Counted from the whole stretch's first letter, positions 21,433 through 33,989 are shown. The stretch: DNA of 63,484 nucleotides, filler included, from Thraustochytrium aureum (GCA_012862495.1; 6 parts of 4 records of this genome joined end to end with filler, not necessarily neighbours in it); one strand, 5' to 3'. The notes: generated by a model not told the origin, from the sequence alone. Program-made: numbers and translations.

Positions 21433-24400
21433 CTTCGCGGCGATTGTGCCTATGTCGGCGTTTGCGATGGATCTCGCCGCATTTGCCGCCCCGCGGCGGC
21501 GGCGGCGGCGCACGACTAGGGCAGAAACGGAAAGAACGAGCAGGACGAGAGCGCCACCACCAATCCCGGCGAGTTCGACGACGCCCAGGCCTCCCGACAG
21601 GTTTGGTGCGGCACCATCTCCGTTGCCTTCCGCTGGTGATGGTGGTATCGACGGGTCCTGCGGAACCTCCTTTGGAGACAGGTTTTCGCACGACCACACG
21701 GACCCGTCGACGCCGAGCGTGCCAGCGACACAGTCCGGACGGCAATGGCTCCAGTTCGCGTCTCGCTGATAACAATTCAACCCCACTGCTCCGCAGCATG
21801 TCGGCGCGACGGCGCAGGGCTTGTCGCTGAGTAGGATTGCCTCACAGAGGGACGCCTCTCCTTCGTCACCAAGGTCAACTCCCTCGACGAGTTGAGAGGG
21901 CACGACGCACTCGTCATAGCCACGAACTTGGGCGTCCGGCAGCCCGTAATACTCGCAAGGCGGCTTGTCCAGCACTCCAGGAAAGGACACGGCGCAGTAC
22001 TCGGGGTCGTCGGGGTTGAGCGGGCAGCCTTGCGCAGAAATCTCCAGCAGGCCGTTCCAGTTCGTCCACGGAATCGCTTGCGCCGCGCGCCGGTACGCAA
22101 GCGAATCGACTCCTCGGTCTGGCGATTCGTAGTCGATGTTGGAGTTTGGCTGTTGGACAACCCTCACAAAGAGCAAGCCCTCCTCGTCGTCAAAAAAGTA
22201 CAAGTTGCCCGGCCCATTGTATACTTGAGCCGCAGACTGGGCCGCCTGGAACGTCTCTTCACAACGAAGACGACACCACGACGGGGCCCGCTGGGTCACC
22301 GTGAATCGAGTCCCGGACGGGTAGGGCAGGACGAGCATGAGCGTTTCATTCTGGAAGAGCTGTGTGCGCTTGAGTCTTAGAGAAACCGGGCTTCCCTTGT
22401 CAAGCACGACGAGCCAGCCGAGCCCACCAAGCGGGCCAGTGATGACTCCATTGGGCGTGAGCGCCAGCCGTGCCGCTGTATCTTGCGCTGTTGCAAAGTG
22501 CGCGACGTAGCCAATCACGGGACAAGGCACGCTGGAGCCGCCGTTGGGGCAAACTTGGCCTGCATTGAGTTCCCCGTCAAAGACAGAATTGTGCGTCATG
22601 TAAAACGACCCGATGCTCCGGTGTTTCTTGAGCCGCGGGCTGCGCGCGTCGCACACCCACCACCCGTCGCCCAGCGCCGGGTCTTGCGCCGTTGGCAGCG
22701 CAGTGCCTGGACCGCGGCTGACAGCCTGGCAGCTCTCGTCAAGACGCCACCAGGCCGACTCGCGCGCGCTCCCGATGATGGCTGGAGAGTGCTTGCGAAA
22801 CGCGCTTCCGTCGCTGTCGTACCAGTTGGACAGCCGCCACGAGACTGACGTGCGCGCCGTGGTCGTGACGCCATAGATCATATCATGGTCGACGTTGACA
22901 TAGGAGATGTTGGTGCTTGCCTGCATGTTTTCCGGAACAAAGCGGTCACTGTGCGTCAGAGCGCGCCAGACATACGAATTGCGCTCTTTGCTGCCGCAAT
23001 TGCGAAAGGTGCCAGAGTCAAGCAGATGGAACTGATGCACATCGTAAAACTCAAAACCGACGTATCCGCTGTACCAAAACCGTTGCTCGACCCACTTGTT
23101 GTTGCCGCCAAGCTGGCTTCTGGGGATCTCGGGAACAAACGGCCCGGAGATGCGGCAGTCGATCAGGAAGTTGTTAATCCAGTGCTCGCCAAGGAGGCCG
23201 AGAGGGCGCTGCGTGTCGAAGGCCTCAAATCCAACAATGTCGCTTCGGCTGCCCCAGTGGTTTAGACCCCAGCCGCTCAAAAACACTTTGGTGTTGGAAA
23301 AGGTCATGACACACCCAGAAGAGCCATCGCGGCACCGCGTATCTCGCGACGGGTTGTCGCGGCCAGCATTGTATGTCAGTTCAGGGCCAGGGCCGGGGTG
23401 GAAGAGGCGCCCACCAACGTAGATGCAGCCGGCCGAGGCCCACCAATACCCGGACGAGTGGCACGTGTTCGAGTCGAAGAGGAGCGTCGGCAGCAGCGCG
23501 GGCTTGAGAGTCCCTTCGCGAAAGTCCTTTATCGGCGAGTCAAAGCGTGGGAAGGCAAACCCAGAATAACCCCCACTCGCTGCGTTGCCCACAACTCTGT
23601 TGTATGCGTTGGAAATGTAGAAAGCAGAGGCTGTCGAGTCGGCTGGGTTGATCAGTTGGGGGTGCCTGGAATATCTTCCATAAACTGGGCGTTCGCCCAC
23701 GGCGGGGTGGTCGTGTAGAGCATGTGGATGTGCGCGCCTAGATTGAACTCGATCTCATTTTCCATTTCTGCGCCGTCCTCGAGATAGAAGCAATGCCCGA
23801 TCGCGTCGAAAGCCACGTTGTTGCGAACGGAGGCCTTGTTTGTACCGTGAATGGTAAAGCAGCGGAAAAAACTCCGGACAACCGCGCTGTCGCGAAAGTA
23901 CGATTTGGCCCCGTTCTCCCCAACGTGGTGGAGATGGAACGGGTACCTTCCGAGCACATTGGTCTGGCCCATGCGGTACGCGCGCACCCCGCTCACGCGC
24001 GCCACAGCGTTGCTACCGCTTGCAATGATGTGGCCCCCGAAGCCGGTCAAGAACTTGTCGGGACATGGGTAGCTGGAAAACTGCGCGTTGGAACACACCG
24101 CGTTGCCAGTGTCTGTGGGTTCGCTGCCTTCGTCGCCCTGCACGACCACGTTCCTCGAAAGCAGGCCGACCTCACCTTGGTACTCCTTCCCGCCATAGTG
24201 CGTGAAGCTGAGCGCCTCAGTGAGCACGACGCGCGTGAATCCGCCATTCACAGATATTGCGCTGATCACGCGCACCTCGTTGCGGTGCCAGTCACGCGCG
24301 TCCTTGATCTCAGTGCCCACGACCACGACCTCTTGTCCCACCTGCCAGTTCACGGCCTCCTGGAGAAACAGCTCGCGGGCGCCGGCACTGGCAGTTCGGG

Positions 24401-24989
24401 CCAGCCTTGTCCAGCCCACCTGGTAGTTGCCGTGCAGGTCTATGACACCGCTCCCGATCGCGGAGATGCCTTTGTAGGACGGGTTCACTGGCAGCGACGC
24501 GGGCCGCGCCCCGTGAAGAGTGATCGTCACCGCGCTGCGGAGTCGGCACGTCTCTGATCCGACCGCAAGCCGGCCAAGTACATTGATACCTGTTGCCGAC
24601 AGTGCGATTTCCTCGTCCCGAAACACGAGCTCGCTCGACGCGGGGATGGTGATCGTCCCATACACGCTGGCCTCAAGCGAGCAGTGCGACACAAACACGC
24701 GCGAGTTTGAGGGGAGCNNNNNNNNNNNNNNNNNNNNNNNNNNNNNNNNNNNNNNNNNNNNNNNNNNNNNNNNNNNNNNNNNNNNNNNNNNNNNNNNNNN
24801 NNNNNNNNNNNNNNNNNNNNNNNNNNNNNNTGCCTCGGCGCTCAACAGCCCGACTGTGTCAAAGCCCTCCTCGATTGGAAACCTCGCGACCGCACCAGTC
24901 GTTGGGCTTGGCCCGGGACACGTCGCGCTCGCCGTTTGCGCAGCGATCGCCAGCGCTGCAAGCGCGGTAAAACCTGCGCGCAATATCAT
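21433..24989 (-). CDS. Type I membrane G8-domain / beta-helix protein (TMEM2/fibrocystin-like) with CBM1-like Cys module; frameshift near 23660, 3' end truncated by linker
   Basis: Signal peptide MILRAGFTALAALAIAAQTASA; G8 (GTITIP..ELVF...INV.G.L.VGS); EVGLLSRNV, GGHI, MGQTNVLGRYPFHLH, CFTIHGTN, GHCFYLEDGAE, SAFYISN..N...GNAASGG; C-terminal TM followed by RRRRRR. Confidence 0.85.
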
Positions 24990-25657
24990 TTCTCTGTCGT
25001 GCGCCAGGGTCCGGCGGATGCTTGCACGGATCCTTTGTGCTGATTGTGGTCTGGCTGGTGACCCCTTGCTGCTGATCCTTGCTGCTGATGTCGAGCGCTC
25101 GCCTGCTCGGGTTTGCACGTGGTGTGGAGGTAGAGAGTCTCAATCAAGTCCGTGAGGGAACTCTACACCATAAACAGGCGCACGCCGCCATCGTGACAAC
25201 TGCTCTTTGTTGCCAGCTCGCAAGTAGAGCAGGTACCTACATGAGTAGCAAGAGGTAGAGAAGAGAAAGTGTGCGTTGTCCTAGGATGATCCGCGATGGA
25301 GCACCGCACTGCGCCAGTCAGGAGTTCCACTGGGGGGAACTCGAGAGGGGGGGGGAACTCCGGAAGAGGGGGAGACCAACGAGCCAATTCGCCGCCCCCG
25401 GCCCGTGTTTTCACCTTGACAGCGGGCGATCCCGCTCCCGCCCCTCTCGCAATCACATCTCGCTCCCGCATCGCTGAGAATGCAGCCCGCCCCCAACCAG
25501 CCTGCCAGCAACACTGCGCGGCGGCGGCGGCAGAGTCTCGCCACGCTCGATTGCCCCTGGCAAGAGCGACCGGAGGAAATTACGAGGGGCGAGGTGACCT
25601 TGATGCACCCTTCGCCAGCTCGCCGCGCGAAGACGCACAGCAGCGACTCTTGGCGCG

Positions 25658-27666
25658 ATGGAGCGAGGCACCGCGAGACGGCGTACCGAGGCGGGGGCCG
25701 CAGGAGAAGTGCGCATGCGGAGTTGGGCGCGCGCACAGGGATACCAGTCTCTGCTGGCCGCAATACCTGCCGATGCACAGTCGAAAATACGCGAGTTTGT
25801 TGGGAGGGTCGAGGTCGGCTCCGTGCACAGCGCCGTGGCCCTGCACAGGGTCTGGCCGCGCATGCCCTGTCGGCTTGTACCAACGAGCATGCCGCGCGCG
25901 AGTACGGCCGAGGTCCTGGCAGGTATGCAGGAGAATGACGTTGTGTGCGACCTGGAGCTGGGCGAGGTCAGCGGGGAGACCGACGTGGCGCTACTCACGA
26001 GCGTCCTTGCCTCGAGCCACTGCCTCGAGGCTGTCAACCTCAAGGGGAGCGGACTCGAGCCCGAAGATATCGAGCATGTCGCTAAAGGTCTCGCGAAGAG
26101 TTCAAGCATCCGCGACGTCAACTTGAGCCTCAACAAGGTCGGGCCACAAGGCACACTTTGGCTCGTCGAGGACCTGCTGAATCGCGAAAACCCGGTCCTT
26201 GTCTTGTCTCTAAATGGATCTCGACTAAACGACCAAGGCGCGCAGGCGCTTGGTAACGGCCTATCGCCGAATGCGGGGCTCAAGTGCCTTGGTCTCGGTG
26301 CGAACCGCATCGGACCAGTTGGGGCAGCCGCGATTGCAGAGTGGCTCAAGCGCAACCCAGTGTTGGAAACGCTTATGCTACATGACAACCCGATCAGGGC
26401 CGGTGGAGCCACGGCCATAGCANNNNNNNNNNNNNNNNNNNNNNNNNNNNNNNNNNNNNNNNNNNNNNNNNNNNNNNNNNNNNNNNNNNNNNNNNNNNNN
26501 NNNNNNNNNNNNNNNNNNNNNNNNNNNNNNNNNNNNNNNNNNNNNNNNNNNNNNNNNNNATAGCAGGAGCGCTGCGAACCAACCAGAACCTGAAGCGGCT
26601 CATCCTGCGAGAATGCAGGCTGGGCGATGAGGGCGCCAAGGTGTTGGCTGCGGCTGTGGCCCAAAACACCTCCATCGAGGCCCTGGACGTGGCAAGTAAC
26701 GACTTGACTGAAGCAGGCACTGTTTCGCTTGCTGTCGCAATTGCACAACACGCGACGATGCGCATGCTGTGCCTGCACGCAAACCCCGTTAACGAGGTCG
26801 CTGCCCAGTCGCTCAAAGACGCAATGCTCGCCCGGGACTCGCGACTACAAGACCTCGAGCTGTCCGCCGTTCAACTGAATCCGGGTGCAGTTGGGGAGAT
26901 CGCGCGCGGCGTACACAGGTCCAAGGTGCTGCGTAGGCTGGTGCTCTGCAAGAACCGAGTTTGCAATCCTGGGCCAGATGGCAACGAAAACGCCTCAAAC
27001 TTGCTCGCTGTTGCCGTGGCGGAAAACCAGTCGCTGAACGGCATCAGCCTCAGCTCGTGCGGGCTCAGTGCAACTTTCGTTGGGCGACTTTTTTCTGGGC
27101 TTTGCAAAAACACAAACCTTCAGGTTCTCAACCTAGAAGACAACGATCTCCCCAGCGCGTCATGCCAGCAGCTTGCCGATCTGCTGCAGGCGTCGACGCC
27201 GCTTTCGCAGCTCTTTCTACGAAAGAATTGCGTCGGCGACGAGGGCGCAGAGCGCCTCGCCTTGGCGCTTCGCGAGAACAGCACGCTACGGCTCCTCGAC
27301 TTGGCCAGCAACTTAATCGGCGGCCGTGGAGGCACATTGATTGGCCTTGCGCTATCTGCCAACTCGGGACTGCGCGACCTCCGGCTTGGCGAAAACCCGC
27401 TTGGTCAAACGGCTGCGGTTCAGGCGATTTGCTCCGCGCTGCGTGCAAACACCACGTTGCGCGACCTTAATCTGCAAAGTGCAAACCTCTCGTTGCCTGA
27501 CGTGGAATGCTTGGGAAATGCGCTGGCGGAAAACGTCTCGCTGCAGAACCTGGCCTGCCACGGCAACTTGTACAACCTCTCGCGTGGCGACCAGTTCAGG
27601 CTCTCAACGTTGTCGCGACGGGACAACAACCATCGCATCTGGACGAGACAACGGCTCGTGATCTAA
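25658..27666 (+). CDS. RNI-like leucine-rich-repeat protein (NLRC3/RanGAP-type repeats; spans small gap)
   Basis: Many 28-aa repeats LxxLxLxxNxIGxxGAxxLAxAL in ORFs 25658-26563 and 26641-27666. Confidence 0.9.
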
Positions 27667-27899
27667 CTAAACCTACCGGCACCGTTACCAACCGGTGCGG
27701 TACCTCCGCTCGAAGAACATGAGGCGGCCAGCGACAGCAAACACTGGTGGCGAGCGCAGCACAAGGAGGCGCAAGGGGACCTTGAGGGTCAATCCACGCA
27801 CAAACACGCAATCTAACCTGCCTGAGTCCGCTCCAAACAAGATCTTTCATGATTGCTTGCTCGCTTTGTGACCTTGATTCTTCCGGCAGGCAGGCCTTC

Positions 27900-27965
27900 A
27901 AGCGAGAAGCAGCACCAGGACGAGCAGGCAGCAAGCGAGAAGCAGCACCAGGACGAGCACCAGCA
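27900..27965 (+). repeat. 33-bp direct tandem duplication upstream of the aminopeptidase gene
   Basis: aagcgagaagcagcaccaggacgagca occurs twice, 33 nt apart. Confidence 0.75.
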
Positions 27966-28039
27966 ACTGCGGCGGCGGAAAGTTTCTGGCCCAGACGACA
28001 GCAGCGCGAGGAGACCAAGCTGCGACGGCTGATAGAGAG

Positions 28040-29449
28040 ATGGCGGCAGCCTTTGCAACCAAGTTTACCCAGTTTGTAGACGGGTCCCCCACCCCCTTCC
28101 ATTGCGTGGCACAGACGGTCAAGCGGCTCGAGGCGTCGGGGTTCAAGCGCTTGCACGAAGACGTCGTGTGGGGAAGGGGCGGCGAGGGCCTCGTTCAACG
28201 TGGCGGGCGCTACTTTTACACCCGCAATGCCAGCACTATCGTCGCCTTTGCCGTAGGCGGCAAGTTTCAAGCCGGCAACGCGTTCAAAGTGGTCGGGGCC
28301 CACACGGATAGCCCAGCGCTCAAGGTTAAGCCCAACTCGAAGCGGAGTTCGAACGGGTACATCCAAGTTGGCGCGGAGTGCTACGGCGGGGGCCTGTGGC
28401 ACACTTGGTTCGACCGCGATCTTGGCATCGCAGGCCGAGCAATCCTGCGTACCGCGGAAGGCAAGTTCGAGCAGCGCCTCGTGCACATCACGCAACCCAT
28501 CCTGCGCGTTCCCACGCTCTGCGTACACCTCCAGACTGGGGATGAGCGCGCCGCCTTCAAGGTTAACACCGAGGACCACCTCACCCCAATCATGGGTCTG
28601 ATCAACGCCGACCTGAACAAAGCAGCAGGGCAAGATACGGAGGGACTCGATACGCGGCACGTCCCCCAACTCCTTCGCGCCCTTGCCGCCGAGATGGATT
28701 GCGATGCCAAGCAAATTGTCGACCTGGAACTCACGTTGTGCGACACGCAGCCGGCCGCGATTGGCGGCGCTGCGAACGAGCTCATCTTTAGCCCGCGCCT
28801 GGACAACCAAATGCACTGCTTCACCTCAGTGCAAGCCCTTGCTGATTTTTGCGACACGCCCGGGGCTATCGAGGCCGACGAGGATGTCTCTGTTGTGGTT
28901 CTCTTCGACCACGAGGAGTGCGGCTCCGAGAGCAACGTGGGCGCTGGCTCGCCAATTATGCGCGACGCCGTGGTGCGCATATCGGGATGTTTCCTGGACA
29001 GCGCGAACGACGAGCTTTTCAAGGTGGGACTTGCCAAGTCGCTCTTATTTAGCGCGGATGGCGCGCATGCTGTGCACCCCAACTACGCATCCAAACACGA
29101 AAAGGAGCACTGCCCGCAGATGGGGGCTGGCACAGTGATCAAGACCAACGACAACCAGCGCTACGCCACCAACGGGGTGACCGGCTTTATTGTGCGCGAA
29201 CTTGCGCGGCGAAACGGCCTCCCTGTGCAAGAGTTTGTGGTCCGCAACGACTGCCCCTGCGGCACGACCATCGGGCCCATCATCGCTGCCAACACAGGTA
29301 TCCGAACAGTAGACATTGGCGTGCCGCAACTCTCCATGCACTCGATCCGCGAGACGTGTTCCGTGGAAGATATGTTTACCAACTACAAGCTCCTCAAGGC
29401 TTTTTTTGCGGAGGTGAGGGCGGTGGACCAATCCCTGTCGGTCCTCTAA
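28040..29449 (+). CDS. DNPEP: Aspartyl aminopeptidase (peptidase M18)
   Basis: SPTPFH, GAHTDSP, YGGGLWHTWFDRDL, RLDN, FDHEECGS, SADGAHAVHPNY, CGTTIGP, LSMHSIRE. Confidence 0.97.
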   Translation: MAAAFATKFTQFVDGSPTPFHCVAQTVKRLEASGFKRLHEDVVWGRGGEGLVQRGGRYFYTRNASTIVAFAVGGKFQAGNAFKVVGAHTDSPALKVKPNSKRSSNGYIQVGAECYGGGLWHTWFDRDLGIAGRAILRTAEGKFEQRLVHITQPILRVPTLCVHLQTGDERAAFKVNTEDHLTPIMGLINADLNKAAGQDTEGLDTRHVPQLLRALAAEMDCDAKQIVDLELTLCDTQPAAIGGAANELIFSPRLDNQMHCFTSVQALADFCDTPGAIEADEDVSVVVLFDHEECGSESNVGAGSPIMRDAVVRISGCFLDSANDELFKVGLAKSLLFSADGAHAVHPNYASKHEKEHCPQMGAGTVIKTNDNQRYATNGVTGFIVRELARRNGLPVQEFVVRNDCPCGTTIGPIIAANTGIRTVDIGVPQLSMHSIRETCSVEDMFTNYKLLKAFFAEVRAVDQSLSVL

Positions 29450-29646
29450 GCCCCTGCCCGATCCTAGCTAAAGCTCGAGAGCTACTACCTAGCTAGAGAC
29501 GAGAGAGAGGCGCGCACGGTCAAGGCGCCGCCAGAAATAAGAGAGAATGCCCATTTTCCTCTAGAGCGTCAATCAATCTTGACAAGCAGAGTGCTGCCAA
29601 GCTCGCGGCAGACTGCTCTCAGGCTTGCCCTGCATTGCCCGAAGGC

Positions 29647-30106
29647 CTACAGATCGTCGTCGACCTCAGAGTCGCTGGGACTCGCTCTCTCTCGAGACTT
29701 CCTCTTTTCCGCGCCCAGTTTTGACCTGGACTTGCTGGACTTGGATTTGGTCGACCGCACGCTCTCGGGCCGCGCGCCCGCCTCTTCGGACTTGCGTGAC
29801 TTTGCTCTTGCTGTCCGCGACCTGGACTTGCCCCCAAGCTCCAGGTCAGGGCCCTCGTCCTCGCCGCCCTCGTTCTCGTCGCCGCCTGGGAGCAAGACAA
29901 ACAGCGCTGGTCGACTGATTGCATGCGGAAACGACATGGCAGCAATGCCCGAAACCACCGTGAGACCACACATTCCGATCGCAGCAATCAAGAATAGCGA
30001 GGCGAAGCTTGTGTTTGCGGAAGCGGCGTCGGCCACAGCTTCGTCTTCCGTATTGTAAAAGGCCTGCGCCACCGTGTTGTACTCCCATGCAACCTGCTCA
30101 GCAGCA
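29647..30106 (-). CDS. C-terminal part of a single-pass membrane protein (5' part in or beyond the N-gap, possibly starting ~31.1-31.6 kb)
   Basis: Hydrophobic LFLIAAIGMCGLTVVSGIAAM followed by a charged low-complexity tail. Confidence 0.45.
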
Positions 30107-31892
30107 NNNNNNNNNNNNNNNNNNNNNNNNNNNNNNNNNNNNNNNNNNNNNNNNNNNNNNNNNNNNNNNNNNNNNNNNNNNNNNNNNNNNNNNNNNNNNN
30201 NNNNNNNNNNNNNNNNNNNNNNNNNNNNNNNNNNNNNNNNNNNNNNNNNNNNNNNNNNNNNNNNNNNNNNNNNNNNNNNNNNNNNNNNNNNNNNNNNNNN
30301 NNNNNNNNNNNNNNNNNNNNNNNNNNNNNNNNNNNNNNNNNNNNNNNNNNNNNNNNNNNNNNNNNNNNNNNNNNNNNNNNNNNNNNNNNNNNNNNNNNNN
30401 NNNNNNNNNNNNNNNNNNNNNNNNNNNNNNNNNNNNNNNNNNNNNNNNNNNNNNNNNNNNNNNNNNNNNNNNNNNNNNNNNNNNNNNNNNNNNNNNNNNN
30501 NNNNNNNNNNNNNNNNNNNNNNNNNNNNNNNNNNNNNNNNNNNNNNNNNNNNNNNNNNNNNNNNNNNNNNNNNNNNNNNNNNNNNNNNNNNNNNNNNNNN
30601 NNNNNNNNNNNNNNNNNNNNNNNNNNNNNNNNNNNNNNNNNNNNNNNNNNNNNNNNNNNNNNNNNNNNNNNNNNNNNNNNNNNNNNNNNNNNNNNNNNNN
30701 NNNNNNNNNNNNNNNNNNNNNNNNNNNNNNNNNNNNNNNNNNNNNNNNNNNNNNNNNNNNNNNNNNNNNNNNNNNNNNNNNNNNNNNNNNNNNNNNNNNN
30801 NNNNNNNNNNNNNNNNNNNNNNNNNNNNNNNNNNNNNNNNNNNNNNNNNNNNNNNNNNNNNNNNNNNNNNNNNNNNNNNNNNNNNNNNNNNNNNNNNNNN
30901 NNNNNNNNNNNNNNNNNNNNNNNNNNNNNNNNNNNNNNNNNNNNNNNNNNNNNNNNNNNNNNNNNNNNNNNNNNNNNNNNNNNNNNNNNNNNNNNNNNNN
31001 NNNNNNNNNNNNNNNNNNNNNNNNNNNNNNNNNNNNNNNNNNNNNNNNNNNNNNNNNNNNNNNNNNNNNNNNNNNNNNNNNNNNNNNNNNNNNNTTGGCA
31101 AAGTCTGCCCTGTTGCACTCCGTTAGCAGCGGGCCCGTGTGGGCTGTCATCACCCCATGGCTGCCTTGGTTCCATTTCGACGACGAGGCGTCAGGCTTGC
31201 TTGTTGCCCAAGTGCCAAACAACCCTCTGTTGCTCTCCGTAACGCGCTCCGCGGCCGGCTGGAGCCGCATGAATCCGTAGCTACCCTGGTTCAACTTGGC
31301 GGGCGCGCTCTCGTCTTCTCTTATGTCGCTCTTGCCGCGGCTGCGCCGCTGGCGCCAGCTCTTGTCCCTGCCCATCTTGCCGTGTCGGACTGCCCAAAGT
31401 TCGAGGCCTTGGAGCTGCTGGTTCGCCTTTGGCTTCAGGCTGTCGCCGCTGGTGCGTCAGCTGGTACTGCGTCAGTTGGTCGTCTGCTGCGGCTGGTGTT
31501 GCCGGCTGGTGCTGGTGTTGCTGCTGTGCCGAGTCGGCCCGAGTGCCGAGTGGCGAGAGGTTTCGTCCATGGTGCGCTGCACGCGCCGACGAAGTCGTCT
31601 TGTTCGACGTCGATCAACGAGCAACGAGCAGCGAGCAGCGAAAGTGGGAGGAAGCGACTGCAGCAGCTCGAGCTCGAGCTCTTCACACGGCGTGGAGCAC
31701 TTGAGCTTGCAGGTGCGGCCCCGACCCGCGTGCAAGAGCACGAGGCAGCGCAACGAAGTGGAGCCAGCCTCGACCAGGGCTGACTGTGCCTACAAGCTGC
31801 AAATCCCCTCCTGGGCTTTCCTAAGCGCGGCACGGCTCGTTTCTCGCTGCGCGCTTGACGGCTCGGCTCGCTGCTCGCCGAGGGCGGACGAA

Positions 31893-31959
31893 CCTGCGGA
31901 CGCGCCTGCGGACGCGCCTGCGGACGCGCCTGCGGACGCGCCTGCGGACGCGCCTGCGG
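31893..31959 (+). repeat. 12-bp tandem repeat (cctgcggacgcg) x5.5 immediately upstream of the AspH-like ATG
   Basis: Directly visible perfect copies. Confidence 0.9.
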
Positions 31960-31969
31960 GCGGCGGACC

Positions 31970-32683
31970 ATGTCGCCGGCGAAGGAGAGCCTTGCAACAA
32001 TCGTGCGGAGCGGCATGGTTCGAACCAGAGTACCGGGCATCGCCAGGCCAGCGCCCTCGCTGTTCTACATGCCCGGACTCGCTTCCGCGCCATGGTGGGA
32101 CGCTTCGGCAGCGCCATGGGTTGCTGCGCTTGAGGAGAGCGCAGGGGCCATCGAGCGCGAGTACTCGGCGCTGCTTGGAGCCGAAGGGGCCTCGGCGCAT
32201 TCCGACTACGAGCTCCTACAAGGCGAGTCCACTCTGCACTCGGGCCGCTGGGACTGGAAGAGCCTCATTACCAAGGGCGTGTGGCAAGATCGCGTTGTAG
32301 AGCGCTGCCCCGAAACTGCCAGAGCGCTCCGCGAGATCCCCGATTTGCTAACAGGCCTGCCCGTGAGCTACTGTTTCTTTTCGACGCTAGCGGCGGGGGC
32401 TCGCATCATGCCTCATTATGGCCCGAGCAACCTGCGCGTGCGGTGCCACTTGGGCCTCCGAGTGCCCTCAACGAGGAACGTGGAGGAGTGCGGCATCCGT
32501 GTTGGCACAGAGTCACGTTCCTGGCAAGCTGGCAAGGCGCTCCTCTTCGACGACGCATACGAGCACGAGACGTGGAACTTGACTAGCGAGGACCGCGTCG
32601 TGCTCTTGATCGACACCTGGCACCCCTGCCTCGCCCAGCCAGAGCGGGAGGCCCTGGTCGACATGTTCCGCGGCGGCACCTAG
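31970..32683 (+). CDS. Aspartyl/asparaginyl beta-hydroxylase-domain 2OG-Fe(II) dioxygenase
   Basis: CPETA..L, FFSTL..GA.I.PHYGPSN.RVRCHLGL.VP, W..GK.LLFDDAYEHE.WN, RVVL.ID.WHP. Confidence 0.92.
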   Translation: MSPAKESLATIVRSGMVRTRVPGIARPAPSLFYMPGLASAPWWDASAAPWVAALEESAGAIEREYSALLGAEGASAHSDYELLQGESTLHSGRWDWKSLITKGVWQDRVVERCPETARALREIPDLLTGLPVSYCFFSTLAAGARIMPHYGPSNLRVRCHLGLRVPSTRNVEECGIRVGTESRSWQAGKALLFDDAYEHETWNLTSEDRVVLLIDTWHPCLAQPEREALVDMFRGGT

Positions 32684-32746
32684 GCCTGCCTATTCATACA
32701 TAAAGAACTACCGGCCCCAGCCTTCTAACCGAGCGGAACAGTGACA

Positions 32747-32818
32747 TCCTCTATAGTCCAACGGTTAGGATATCTCGCTTTCACCGAGGGGATCCGGGTT
32801 CGATTCCCGGTAGAGGAA
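32747..32818 (+). tRNA. tRNA-Glu (TTC), copy 1
   Basis: Cloverleaf: acceptor TCCTCTA/TAGAGGA, anticodon loop CTTTCAC, T-arm CCGGG-TTCGATT-CCCGG; no encoded CCA; T-run terminator follows. Confidence 0.96.
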
Positions 32819-32911
32819 TGATTTTTTGCCCGGAAAGCCATCGAAACAATCGACGCGAACAGTAGTTGGAGGTGTGCGGTGACTCACCAGATGGCGTTCA
32901 ACTGCCTGACG

Positions 32912-32983
32912 TCCTCTATAGTCCAACGGTTAGGATATCTCGCTTTCACCGAGGGGATCCGGGTTCGATTCCCGGTAGAGGAA
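32912..32983 (+). tRNA. tRNA-Glu (TTC), copy 2 (identical)
   Basis: 72-nt identical copy followed by oligo-T runs (Pol III terminator). Confidence 0.96.
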
Positions 32984-33989
32984 GTTTTCCTTTTTTTTCG
33001 CGCGTCCCGCCATGCGTGGTCCCCCACAAGACCTGGTGCACGGCGTGTCCAGACCGCATGGAGAATCGCCGAGCAAAGCGCCGAGTCCGGTGGCGCTGCG
33101 CAGCTCTGCTCAGTGCCAAGGAGTCGATGAGTCGCTTGTTTTGGGCATTCATGCTTTTCCTTTGATTGAGTGTGGTCGGTGATTCGACGTGGTGGGCGGC
33201 AGTGGAGCAAGGCGAGCAGCGGCGCGCGCTCTCCGCAGAGCTCACACGGCACACTCGCTCTGCCCAGAGCTCGCAAACACACACGCACACAGCGCGCCCG
33301 GCCCTGCGCTGGTTCGCGGGGACGCCAGCAGCGGCCTCTCGCTGCGGCCTCGCGCGGCCTGGGCAGAGCGGTTGCGGTGGCTGACCCGCCTCGCCAGCCT
33401 CCGCGTTTTATCCTGGCACGGCGCCGGCCTTGCTGTCGAGCTTCCGGAGTTGCTGCCGCCCGCTGCACCGTCTGTGGAGGCCAGTCGCAAGCTTTACGAN
33501 NNNNNNNNNNNNNNNNNNNNNNNNNNNNNNNNNNNNNNNNNNNNNNNNNNNNNNNNNNNNNNNNNNNNNNNNNNNNNNNNNNNNNNNNNNNNNNNNNNNN
33601 NNNNNNNNNNNNNNNNNNNNNNNNNNNNNNNNNNNNNNNNNNNNNNNNNNNNNNNNNNNNNNNNNNNNNNNNNNNNNNNNNNNNNNNNNNNNNNNNNNNN
33701 NNNNNNNNNNNNNNNNNNNNNNNNNNNNNNNNNNNNNNNNNNNNNNNNNNNNNNNNNNNNNNNNNNNNNNNNNNNNNNNNNNNNNNNNNNNNNNNNNNNN
33801 NNNNNNNNNNNNNNNNNNNNNNNNNNNNNNNNNNNNNNNNNNNNNNNNNNNNNNNNNNNNNNNNNNNNNNNNNNNNNNNNNNNNNNNNNNNNNNNNNNNN
33901 NNNNNNNNNNNNNNNNNNNNNNNNNNNNGCTGGCGCGGGAAGCTCCTGCGGCCGAGCCAGGCGCAGGACTAGCGAAACCAGGCGCAACC

